A DNA stretch of 63,670 bases, filler included, from Octopus bimaculoides (lineage: Eukaryota), in the NCBI RefSeq assembly GCF_001194135.2. It is 8 parts of 8 records of this genome, joined end to end, with 100 filler letters (N's around TTAATTAATTAA, not from the genome) between each part and the next. Parts side by side here need not be neighbours in the genome. Positions count along the whole stretch, not along the records: positions 1 to 6,815 come from NC_069004.1; positions 6,916 to 21,041 come from NC_068989.1; 6 more parts are not named here. One strand, given 5' to 3'. Both the position numbers and the translations under genes were made by a program. This document shows, piece after piece, positions 1 through 10,142 of the stretch. The notes under the pieces are model-generated. The model worked only from the letters and a program-made list of their open reading frames with translations. It made no database searches and was not told the DNA's origin. Position 1 is the first letter of the stretch. Each line of letters begins with the position of its first letter.

Positions 1-165
1 TACCAGTATTTCGTCCATCAGCGCGTTCTGGATTCAAATTCTACTGAGGTCTACTTTGCCTTTCATCCTTTCGGAGTTGATAAAATAAATATCATTTGAG
101 CACTGTGGCCGATGTAATCAGACAAAACTGTTGGCTTTATGTCAAAATTTGAACCCAATATTACC
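1..165 (+). mobile_element. SINE family D (tRNA-like head GGCGGTGAGCTGGCAGAA...GTTCTGAGTTCAAATTCC), 5' part outside the window
   Basis: Matches the copies at 9927-10142 and 43107-43570 (TTCAAATT..GAGGTC.ACTTTGCCTTTCATCCTTTCGG..GATAAA..AAGTACCA). Confidence 0.75.
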
Positions 166-679
166 AGTTATAGTTATTTTATTTGAAATATATCATTAAA
201 GAGACGGGACATAACCCGACCATCCTCTCTATATATACCTAATTCTAAACGAAAAAATATTTTGGAAGCCTCTGGTCTGTCATAACTGCCCGTCTCCACA
301 TTCACAAAGCTTATTGCCATAGCACGTGACCCAGAACTAATTACTGTATAATAGGAAATAATGACTTTTGAGTACTTATAATTGCATTAATATCAATATC
401 CTTAATACCAGAGAATGCTAAAGCTTTTAGAAGAAAAAAATTTCTATGCGAATGACACTCCCACAAATCTATTAAAGTAAGTTTATAAGTTTGTTTCTGT
501 TCTTTCTATTAAACTACTTAATTTGCGATACGTTGTTATTCTAGCTTAGAAGTAATCAGAGAGTTGTAATATTTTTCAATTAATGTAACCTCAAAAACCT
601 CATTTTTTATTTGTTTATTTGTTTATTTATTTCACTTTCTGCAGGTTCAGTTACGCTGTATATGGGATTAACTGAAATG

Positions 680-962
680 TTATCCTTGCTCGCTCAAGTT
701 TTCACAGACTTGACATTCAACCAAACATTCACATCTATCATATAACTTTGATGCTAATGTATGGGTTCCTACAATGATAGAGATGTATGTGTAAGAATTT
801 TGAATTTTAAACGTTACTATTACATTACAGCAAAGAAGTACATTGCAGGTTGTAACATCACTTCCATACATATTTTTACTTTTGCCTGCCGTTATGAGCC
901 ATGTACTTGGATATTCTTGATGATTTCTGCTCGTTTTTTGGAAGGTCTTGAAACAGATATAT
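680..962 (+). mobile_element. Possible old 3' end of an R4-like LINE, ending at (TACA)n
   Basis: 3' end GGTCTTGAAACAGATATATGTGAA-(TACA)n resembles the ends at 1820 and 24625; peptide similarity is weak. Confidence 0.25.
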
Positions 963-964
963 GT

Positions 965-1018
965 GAATACATACATACATACATACATACATACATACAT
1001 ACATACATACATACATGC
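965..1018. repeat. (TACA)n microsatellite
   Basis: Direct reading; a second tract lies at 1404-1448. Confidence 0.95.
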
Positions 1019-1021
1019 ATC

Positions 1022-1401
1022 GTTGGCACTCCGTCGCTTACGACGTCGAGGGTTCCAGTCGATCCGATCAACGGATCAGCCTGCTCGTGAAATTAACGTG
1101 CAAGTGGCTGAGCACTCCACAGAAACGTGTACCCTTAACGTAGTTCCCGGGGATATTCAGCGTGACACAGTGTGACAAGGCTGACCCTTTGAATTACAGG
1201 CACAACAGAAACAGGAAGTAAGAGTGAGAGAAAGTTGTGGTGGAAGAGTACAGCAGGGTTCGCCACCATCCCCTGCCGGAGCCTCACGGACCTTTAAGTG
1301 TTTTCGCTCAATAAACACTCACAACGCCCGGTCTGGGAATCGAAACCGCGATCCTATGACCGCGAGTCCGCTGCCCTAACCACTGGGCCATTGCGCCTCC
1401 A
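1022..1401 (-). mobile_element. tRNA-derived SINE family C1 (reminiscent of the published octopus tRNA-derived SINEs; family name not verified)
   Basis: Minus-strand head GGAGGCGCAATGGCCCAGTGGTTAGGGCAGCGGACTCGCGGTCATAGGATCGCGGTTTCGATTCCC has A and B boxes; body homologous to 22441-22790. Confidence 0.85.
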
Positions 1402-1448
1402 CGTACATACATACATACATACATACATACATACATACATACATACAT

Positions 1449-1820
1449 GCTGGGATATATAACACACTACCTAAATACCAATCTTGAGAAATTAGGCTTC
1501 TCAAAACCAGAAAGAAGAAAGGTAATTCGAATACTACAGATCCAAACCATCAGTGGAACTGAAAATTTGTAAAACTTCCCAGAGGTTTATCATTTAAATA
1601 TATATGAGCACGTCTAGATATGCAACTTTATGAATGAGAATGTATACAAAACATACCAAAAATACATACAAAACATATAAATCTCAACATATAATACATA
1701 CTTACAAACAAAAATACCCTGTTGTGGATGTTGAAATATCAATGAAGGAGCCTTGGATCTAGGTTAGAAACCGGTTCTTTCTCTATTGACAAGAAATCTT
1801 GAAATAAAACTGAATAGTGA
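1449..1820 (+). mobile_element. 5'-truncated R4/Dong-like (RLE) non-LTR retrotransposon 3' end
   Basis: Translates LGYITHYLNTNLEKLGFSKPERRKVIRILQIQTISGT, followed by a 3' UTR; homologous to 24105-24625; (TACA)n on both sides. Confidence 0.75.
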
Positions 1821-1830
1821 CATACATACG

Positions 1831-1862
<32 letters not shown>

Positions 1863-2498
1863 NNNNNNNNNNNNNNNNNNNNNNNNNNNNNNNNNNNNNN
1901 NNNNNNNNNNNNNNNNNNNNNNNNNNNNNNNNNNNNNNNNNNNNNNNNNNNNNNNNNNNNNNNNNNNNNNNNNNNNNNNNNNNNNNNNNNNNNNNNNNNN
2001 NNNNNNNNNNNNNNNNNNNNNNNNNNNNNNNNNNNNNNNNNNNNNNNNNNNNNNNNNNNNNNNNNNNNNNNNNNNNNNNNNNNNNNNNNNNNNNNNNNNN
2101 NNNNNNNNNNNNNNNNNNNNNNNNNNNNNNNNNNNNNNNNNNNNNNNNNNNNNNNNNNNNNNNNNNNNNNNNNNNNNNNNNNNNNNNNNNNNNNNNNNNN
2201 NNNNNNNNNNNNNNNNNNNNNNCATATATATATACATATCCCACCCGATGAACCGCCTACTACAAAATATTCAACTACATAATAATAATTATAAAGAATG
2301 TTCTTCTAAAATGATAAATGAATATAAAGTCAGCAACTTAAAGCCGGTGTGTGGTACAGAAACAAATGTTGTGATCTACTATTAAAGCCTGGTATCCTCC
2401 ATCCTTGTGTTATATTATGTTTATATTAGTTTCATGTAAAGAGGCGTTCCATATGAAAATTACTAAAAATACAAATTAAAAAGCAAAAGTATGAGAAA

Positions 2499-2863
2499 AG
2501 AAGAGCACTCGGTGAGGGCAACCCTCCGCCAAAACAACACCAACGTCCTCTCAACGATTAGCCGGAGATTATTTTTAAAATGAGAATCTGAAATAAACTC
2601 AACTGCGCTTACAAACGAGAATACCTAAATGAACCCGACCGCTCTCAGAACTTCAGTAAAAAAAAAAAAAAAACCTGAAAAATAATCCAGAATCCTTGTC
2701 CGGTACCGGATTGATTCCAAAATCTAATCAGTTCGTGCCAGTCATGAGGCCAAAGATTCCCGAAAGTTTCATCTGAATCTATCCAGCGGTTCTTGAGATA
2801 TCTTGTCCACGGACAATCAAACACGACTGAAAACTATACCCCCGCCTTCGCTAAGGCGGAGGT
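2499..2863 (+). mobile_element. Non-autonomous Helentron-type (HINE/DINE-1-like) element
   Basis: Subterminal CCTCCGCC at 2523-2530 is inverted relative to the 3' GGCGGAGG; 3' hairpin CCGCCTT-CGCT-AAGGCGG at 2842-2859; internal TCCAAAATCTAATCAGTT..AAGTTTCAT..GAGATATCTTG layout typical of this class. Confidence 0.65.
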
Positions 2864-3263
2864 GGTAAGAGAATATAAAGAATAAAAAATAATACAAAAT
2901 AAATGTCAAAAAAAAATTTTTTATGATAAAAAAAAGGAAAAAGATGAATTTTTATGAAGTTCAAAAACTCTTGGACTGTTACTGAGACTGTTATCGTTGG
3001 TCGGACAGTTGTGACCAGAAGTGTATGATCACAACTGTCTAACGAACAGTAGCTTGAAACTGTGGATCTGTTTGTGATGACTTTTTTCGGCTTTAATAAA
3101 AAGCATATTGCTCTACCATAGGCATTCGAGTATTATTTCTTTTTCACCTTGTTTTGCATTTATGTGCTTACCTTGTATGCGTGTGTGTGTGTGTGTGTGT
3201 GTGTACACATCTATATATAAATAATATGCACATATATATTATACATGTATATGCATAGAAATA

Positions 3264-3305
<42 letters not shown>

Positions 3306-3854
3306 CGTGTGTGTGCGCGTGTGTGTGTAATAGAGCATAATTAAGGGTAAATAGTATGATTCCATTGAGACCATGTGTGTATTACGTGGTGGAGAATGAA
3401 AGGGAAAATGAATGAGAGAAGTGGGAGAGAAAAGGAGAGATAAGAAGAGACAAAGAAATGAGAAGAGAGAGAGAACGAGAACGAAAAAGAGAGGCGGGAG
3501 AGGCAGTGGGGAAACCATGATGCAGATGGCGTGAGTTTCATTTCTTTCCGCTTCCGAGATGAAACCAGATCCAGTGCTTCATTAATCCGTCACACAGGAT
3601 TTACACCTGATAAATGACGACACTAAATCAGAGTTGCCGAGTCTCGTAGAATCTCTTGTGTTCCTTACACATTGTCATCGAATATTCTCTGGTCAGCAGT
3701 TATGTATCTCGTGTTCTGTGTGTGTGTGTGTGTGTCTCCGTGTGTGAGCAGTTAAGAATGACGACAACGTACGGTTGAAAGGTTTGAAATTCGCTTCACA
3801 ATCAGCGGCTGCGGCAGCTTTTGGATCCCACTGCATCGTACAAATGCCTTCTAA

Positions 3855-4187
3855 CTGGTACTCCGTCAGTTACGACGACGAGGTTTATAGTTGATCCGAT
3901 GAACGGAATAGCCTTCTCTTGAAACTAACATGCAAGTGGCTGAGCACTCCACAGACACTCATACCCTTAACGTAGTTCTCAGGGAGATTCAGCGTGACAC
4001 AGAATGAGACAAGGCTGGCCCTTTGAAATACAGGTACTACTCATTTTTGCCAGCTGAGTGGACTGGAGCATCGAGAAATAAAGAGTCTTGCTCAATAAAC
4101 ACAACATGCCACCGGAAATCGACCTCACGACTCTGCGATTGTGAGCCGAACCGAACACCCATAAGCACTAAGCTACGCGCCTTCACA
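3855..4187 (-). mobile_element. tRNA-derived SINE family C2
   Basis: Shares the 3' body with C1 (GCAAGTGGCTGAGCACTCCACAGAC..CCCTTAACGTAGTTCTC); head ends GCGCCTTCAC. Confidence 0.8.
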
Positions 4188-5286
4188 CAAGTGCATTCTG
4201 TCTTATCTTCGAATCGAAACAAGGTCTTCTGAACTAAATATAACGACTGAGATTGGTTAAAAGACATTTGCCCAATGTACCAGGTTATGAAATTGAACCC
4301 GGAATCTTGTGATTCTGAAGCGAAATTCTTAATTATGGCTACTGATTAGATACTTTGCTTCGCAGTTACGGGGAGTTGGGATCGACCTCACTGTGTGACA
4401 ACTCGAACAAGTATTTTCTATCATTGTCTCGTGTCGATTCAACGCTTGTGAGTGACGGGAGCAGCATGACCGAATGGTAAAGAAGTTCAGTTCGCAATTA
4501 CCAAGACCTGAGTTCAACTCCACTGACTAATACCTTAAGTCCCGTGCTCGTTCCACCCTTGTGAGTGAAACTGAGCTAATGGACGACCTTGTGTGGAAAT
4601 CTGTACGATAGTCTGTATCTGTAACTGAAACGGGTTTCGTCTTTCCGTCCAGAGATCGCCACTCATTTACAAGCCACAACCCTAAGCACATATCCATTAC
4701 AGACTTCATATTTATTTACACTTTGTCTTCCACGTATACATTCTACGTTTATCTGCAATATGATTCCTATACAACGTTTCTATATATATATACACCCCGC
4801 TTTTACAAATATCTTTCCAGATAAGCTACTCATTTGTTATCATATAGATCGGTTATCGTTTGTTTATCTTTTTTTTTTTTACTTCTTTCAGCTATTGAAC
4901 TGTAACCGTACTGTCCCCTTTCCCACCTTTAAGAGTTTAATCGAACAAATCGCCCCCAGTGTTTGTTTTTAAGTTGGTATTTATTATGCCATTCTCTTTT
5001 TGCTGAACCGCCAATTTTACGGGAACATCAGACAGAATGCTTAGCTGCATTTCGTCCGTCTTTACATTCTGAATTCGAATTGCTTTTTATCCTCTCGGCG
5101 TCGATAAAATTTGTACCAGTTGAGTACTGCGGTGAATGTAATCGACTTACCCCTACACCGAAATCACTAACCTTGTGCCCAAATTGGAAACCTATATATG
5201 TATAGATAGATCGATATTTGTTTATGGGTTCGTAAACAAACCAATACCGATGATAGGGGACATGTATATGTATAAGTGTGTGTATG

Positions 5287-5326
<40 letters not shown>

Positions 5327-5349
5327 TGTGTGTGTGTATGTGTGTGTGT

Positions 5350-5506
5350 GTACGACGGGTTTCTTTCTGTCTCCGTTTACTAAATTTGTTCACAAGGCTT
5401 TTGATGACCTGAGGATATAGTAGAAAACATTTGCACAAGGTGCTGTGCTGTGGGACTGAACCCATGACCACATGGTTGGGAAGCAAACTTCTTACCACGC
5501 AGCCAT
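5350..5506 (-). mobile_element. SINE family A, head half
   Basis: Homologous to 61840-62003 (GGCTGTGTGGTAAG..CCAACCACATGG..CAGTCCCAC). Confidence 0.75.
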
Positions 5507-5571
5507 ATTTTGGCCTATAAAGAAATTGAAAGTAATTCATAAAGTCCTGCGGGCGATGATTGAGATATAAG

Positions 5572-5839
5572 TGGTACTCCGTCGCTTACGACGACGAAGG
5601 TTCCAGTCGATCCGGTCAACGGAACAGCCTCCTTGTGAAATTAACGTGCAAGTGGCTGAGCGCTCCACAGACACGCGTACCCTTAACGTAGTTCTCAGGC
5701 TAGCTCTTTGAATTACAGGTACAACTCATTTTGCCAGCTAAATGGACTGGAGCAACGTAAAATAAAGCATCTTGCTGAAGGACAAGGGAATTGAACTCGC
5801 GAGCCGAATACCCTTAGCCACAAAACCATGCGCCTTCAC
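5572..5839 (-). mobile_element. tRNA-derived SINE family C2, internally deleted
   Basis: Homologous to 3855-4187. Confidence 0.8.
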
Positions 5840-6013
5840 ATGACTGAAATATATAAAGAAACGAATTGTATTCGCCAGGCAATGAAATCGACTTTACAGT
5901 TCTGCTCTTAAGGACTTACTTGACGTAATAACGCATATTTGTTTTATCTTTTAATTTTATTCACTTTATTCATTTTAGTCGGGGTTTAAAACATTTAATT
6001 TCATTAAGTATAA

Positions 6014-6100
6014 GAGCAGGCGTAACTCAGTGTAGAGAAGTTTCCTTCCCGACCGCATGGTTTCAAGTTGTCCCACTGCGTGGCACCATGAGCAAGTGAC
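6014..6100 (+). mobile_element. Decayed SINE family A head
   Basis: GCAGGCG..GTCCCACTGCGTGGCACC..GCAAGTG matches family A. Confidence 0.55.
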
Positions 6101-6196
6101 TTCAGCTGGTTCTAGGTAATTTGACTCCAGGTAATTTCACTCCAGGTATTTTGACTCTGGTAATTTGACTGCCAGTCAAAAACGTTGAAATTCATT

Positions 6197-6318
<122 letters not shown>

Positions 6319-6633
6319 ACAGAGTAATTTAGCTAACTGAAGATATCTTTTCAGTCATCCATTCGGGTGTTTTATCTAAAGAGTTTACAGGTCTACCCGT
6401 TATCCATCTCTTCCTCATTCGTTACTGTTGTCGAAGGATTAAAAGTGAACTGTCACATTTGCTATAAATAAAGAACTGTCGAGTTATCGAGAGTTGATTG
6501 GTAAGCAGTTCACTGCGAGCCGTGTAACCTCGTGTAACAGTAAACCTCGTGCATTCGTGTAAATACTTCGTCAAATTATTTATCCAACTTACAAAGATAT
6601 TAAAGTTACTTAAAAGGGAAATATACATTCACC

Positions 6634-6765
6634 ATGCCTCACGTTTTTAACAGTATCCGCGGAAGGAAGAAACTTGTGGATAACACGAATTACATGTATG
6701 AAGCAGAGAAACAAAATGCCGATGGATCTAAGACTTACTGGAAATGCGAAATTAAGGGGACATGT
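6634..6765 (+). pseudogene. FLYWCH zinc-finger N-terminus of a MULE transposase, cut off by (TA)n and a gap
   Basis: MPHVFNSIRGRKKLVDNTNYMYEAEKQNADGSKTYWKCEIKGTC fits F..S.RG...L....Y.Y......K.YW.C...C. Confidence 0.7.
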
Positions 6766-6782
6766 ATATGTATAAGTGTGTG

Positions 6783-6815
<33 letters not shown>

Positions 6816-6859
6816 NNNNNNNNNNNNNNNNNNNNNNNNNNNNNNNNNNNNNNNNNNNN

Positions 6860-6871
6860 TTAATTAATTAA
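6860..6871. other. Artificial scaffold-join linker TTAATTAATTAA inside a 100-bp N spacer (also at 21086, 43740, 48559, 57191, 59681, 62265)
   Basis: Identical palindromic all-frame-stop 12-mer, centred between N runs (44 N each side here), seven times. Confidence 0.95.
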
Positions 6872-7163
6872 NNNNNNNNNNNNNNNNNNNNNNNNNNNNN
6901 NNNNNNNNNNNNNNNCAGGCTACAAAGTCTATACATTTGTGTATCAGAAGGGAAAACTAGAAACGCTGCCTAGAAAGAAGCGCTCCACTGAAAAGACGGC
7001 ATTTCTTCACATCTTCCAAATCACCCCAGTCATCTGCCGCCTCAAAAGCTTCGTACTTGCCGTGCCAGCCAACGTAAGTCAATGACACACAACTTTACTC
7101 ATTCACTCTATCTCTCTTTCTCACCCTCTTTCTATCTCACATACACACACACANNNNNNNNNN

Positions 7164-7538
7164 AATTACTTCCTGGAAAGTTCGATGGAGCGTGAGGAAG
7201 AGGAGGAGTTACTTCCTGGAAAGATCCACTGAAGGGGAGGAATGGGAGGAATTACTTCCTGGAAAGTTCCACTGAAGGGGAGGAATGGGAGGAATTACTT
7301 CCTGGAAAGTTCCGACGAGGGGTAATTACTTCCTGGAAAGTTCCAAGGAATTGGAGGAAGGGATGAATTACTTCATGGAAAGTTCTGAGGAGGAGGAGGA
7401 ATTACTTCCTGAAAAGTTCCTAGGAAGGGGAGGAAGAGGAGGAAGAGGAAGAATTACTTCCTGGAAATGCCCGGAGAGTGTGAGGAATTACTTCCTGGAA
7501 AACTCCGAGGAGGGAGACGAATTACCTCCTGGAAAGTT
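7164..7538. repeat. Minisatellite: constant core AATTACTTCCTGGAAAGTTCC with variable purine-rich spacers, 10 visible units
   Basis: Units counted by eye; the array runs into an ~800-N gap. Confidence 0.9.
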
Positions 7539-8574
7539 NNNNNNNNNNNNNNNNNNNNNNNNNNNNNNNNNNNNNNNNNNNNNNNNNNNNNNNNNNNNNN
7601 NNNNNNNNNNNNNNNNNNNNNNNNNNNNNNNNNNNNNNNNNNNNNNNNNNNNNNNNNNNNNNNNNNNNNNNNNNNNNNNNNNNNNNNNNNNNNNNNNNNN
7701 NNNNNNNNNNNNNNNNNNNNNNNNNNNNNNNNNNNNNNNNNNNNNNNNNNNNNNNNNNNNNNNNNNNNNNNNNNNNNNNNNNNNNNNNNNNNNNNNNNNN
7801 NNNNNNNNNNNNNNNNNNNNNNNNNNNNNNNNNNNNNNNNNNNNNNNNNNNNNNNNNNNNNNNNNNNNNNNNNNNNNNNNNNNNNNNNNNNNNNNNNNNN
7901 NNNNNNNNNNNNNNNNNNNNNNNNNNNNNNNNNNNNNNNNNNNNNNNNNNNNNNNNNNNNNNNNNNNNNNNNNNNNNNNNNNNNNNNNNNNNNNNNNNNN
8001 NNNNNNNNNNNNNNNNNNNNNNNNNNNNNNNNNNNNNNNNNNNNNNNNNNNNNNNNNNNNNNNNNNNNNNNNNNNNNNNNNNNNNNNNNNNNNNNNNNNN
8101 NNNNNNNNNNNNNNNNNNNNNNNNNNNNNNNNNNNNNNNNNNNNNNNNNNNNNNNNNNNNNNNNNNNNNNNNNNNNNNNNNNNNNNNNNNNNNNNNNNNN
8201 NNNNNNNNNNNNNNNNNNNNNNNNNNNNNNNNNNNNNNNNNNNNNNNNNNNNNNNNNNNNNNNNNNNNNNNNNNNNNNNNNNNNNNNNNNNNNNNNNNNN
8301 NNNNNNNNNNNNNNNNNNNNNNNNNNNNNNNNNNACACACACACACGCACACACACACACACACACACGCACGTCCATTTCATATATCTTTCAATTTCTG
8401 CTTTCTGCAAATATAATTTTTACGGATACAACTGCTTACAAAAATTGGGATTAATGTATAATTTCTTTCTATGTTCATAATTAAATAAATGTTTTAATGA
8501 TTACACAGATGTCCAATAGAATAGCTCTCAGAAACAGACTACGTACAAATTCTTTCTTCACAACTCCTGAAGCC

Positions 8575-8738
8575 ATTTTCTGACAGGGGCGGGGGTAATA
8601 AAATCTTCATACAGCTAGAGGCGCCAATCGAAACAGGAGACCGGAAATGATAAGGTTGAGAAACGCTGTATGCCTAACCGAAAACGAACACAGTCACATC
8701 ACCCAAACAGGGCGGGTGAAACCGGGTTTAGCTGCTAG
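8575..8738 (+). mobile_element. Helitron-like 3' terminus
   Basis: GGCGGGTGAAACCGGG hairpin followed by CTAG|T at 8735-8739; 5' boundary uncertain. Confidence 0.55.
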
Positions 8739-9926
8739 TATATATATAAATATATATCATAATACATTTACATGTATATGTATATACATATACACATATG
8801 TATACATGTATGTGCATATATATATACACGTATATGTATATATGTATGTGTATAGATATACACGTATATATATACATGTATATATATGTATATTTGTGTA
8901 TATATATTTATACATGTATATATATATATATATATGTGTATATATAATTATAGATATGTAATTATAAGATTCAAGGATCCAAGCGTAGGTATAAAGAAAC
9001 AACGTTCAGGTACAACAATAATTTACTGTAAGCTTTTTTCCATATGCTGAAATGAATATGTTATAGCTCACGGTTAGCAAAGTGAGTTGCTATGTATTCG
9101 AATAAATTTCCAAATTGAGGGAGTGGACCATTCAAAACCCAGGTCTGTATTTAACCTGGTTGCTACATTCCTTGAATTTAGATTTGTACACACACACACA
9201 CGCACACACGCACACACACACATGTATATATATGTGTGTGTGTGTCTGTATTACGGATTCTATTTATATCAAACCGTTCATTGACATAAACTGATGACTT
9301 TTAACGACGTCTTAGAATTGATGTTTGGATGCATGTTAAAAGAATTGTGACAGTCACTGTATGCCGATTATAATCAGCGAAGAAATTAACTCGAAGTAAC
9401 GAATCCTCATTATTATTGTTTGGAAGTGTATCAAAATGCTATAAAAAAATTGCCATATGTCGTAGATGTTAAAGCATTAGAATAATTTGTATAAGTCGAT
9501 TATAAACAAATAAGTGGATGATTAGTAAATGCGAGTTATTGTTTGAATGATTGTCAAAACGATTATAAAAATTTGTGTGTGTCGATTATAGTCGGGCAGT
9601 AATTGCAGTAATATGAGATGCCCGACGTTAATCAAATAATGGTAATTCGATATTCCATGGAAAATTAAGAGAAACCATTTATCTCCAAAATCTAAGAAAT
9701 ATACTGTAAGAATAATATTCTTAGATAGATGGTTAAATTTATTCTCACAAAACAAAATTTGTAACAAGCTGAGTGCTGATTATAACAAGTCAGTATACAC
9801 GGTAAAATAGATGGAGAATTGATTGTAATGATTTCGGGGGCAATTAAAATGATATAATTGTTTTAATAGATACACAGTGGTGACGTTAACCAGAAGTGAT
9901 CATAGAGTATCCAATATGAAGTATAG

Positions 9927-10142
9927 TTAAGGCGGTGAGCTGGCAGAAACGTTTGCATGCCAGGCGAAATGCTGAGCGGTATATCGTCTGTCTTTACGTT
10001 CTGAGTTCAAATTCCGTCTGGGTCGACTTTGCTTTTCATCCTTTCGGGGTCAATAAATTAAGTACCAGTTGCGTACTGGGTCGATCTTATGAAATGGCCT
10101 CCTCCGCCAAAATTTCGTGTCTTGTGCCTAGAGTAGAAAAGA
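9927..10142 (+). mobile_element. SINE family D, near full length
   Basis: TAAGGCGGTGAGCTGGCAGAAACG...GTTCTGAGTTCAAATTCC...CTTGTGCCTAGAGTAGAAAAGAA. Confidence 0.85.

Noticed and set aside
1330-1401. tRNA gene (also 22441-22510)
   Set aside because: The tRNA-like segment is the head of a multi-copy SINE continuing into a conserved body, with no proper acceptor stem
7164-7538. CRISPR array (repeat plus variable spacers)
   Set aside because: Eukaryotic context, no cas genes, and spacers that are short, uneven, low-complexity and partly duplicated; treated as a minisatellite
7285-8454. Long ORFs in the supplied track that span N runs or microsatellites (for example 7285-8454, 14318-15583, 45185-46588, 50911-52068)
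   Set aside because: Their length comes from Ns and simple repeats (YI, TH, VC runs); no coding signal
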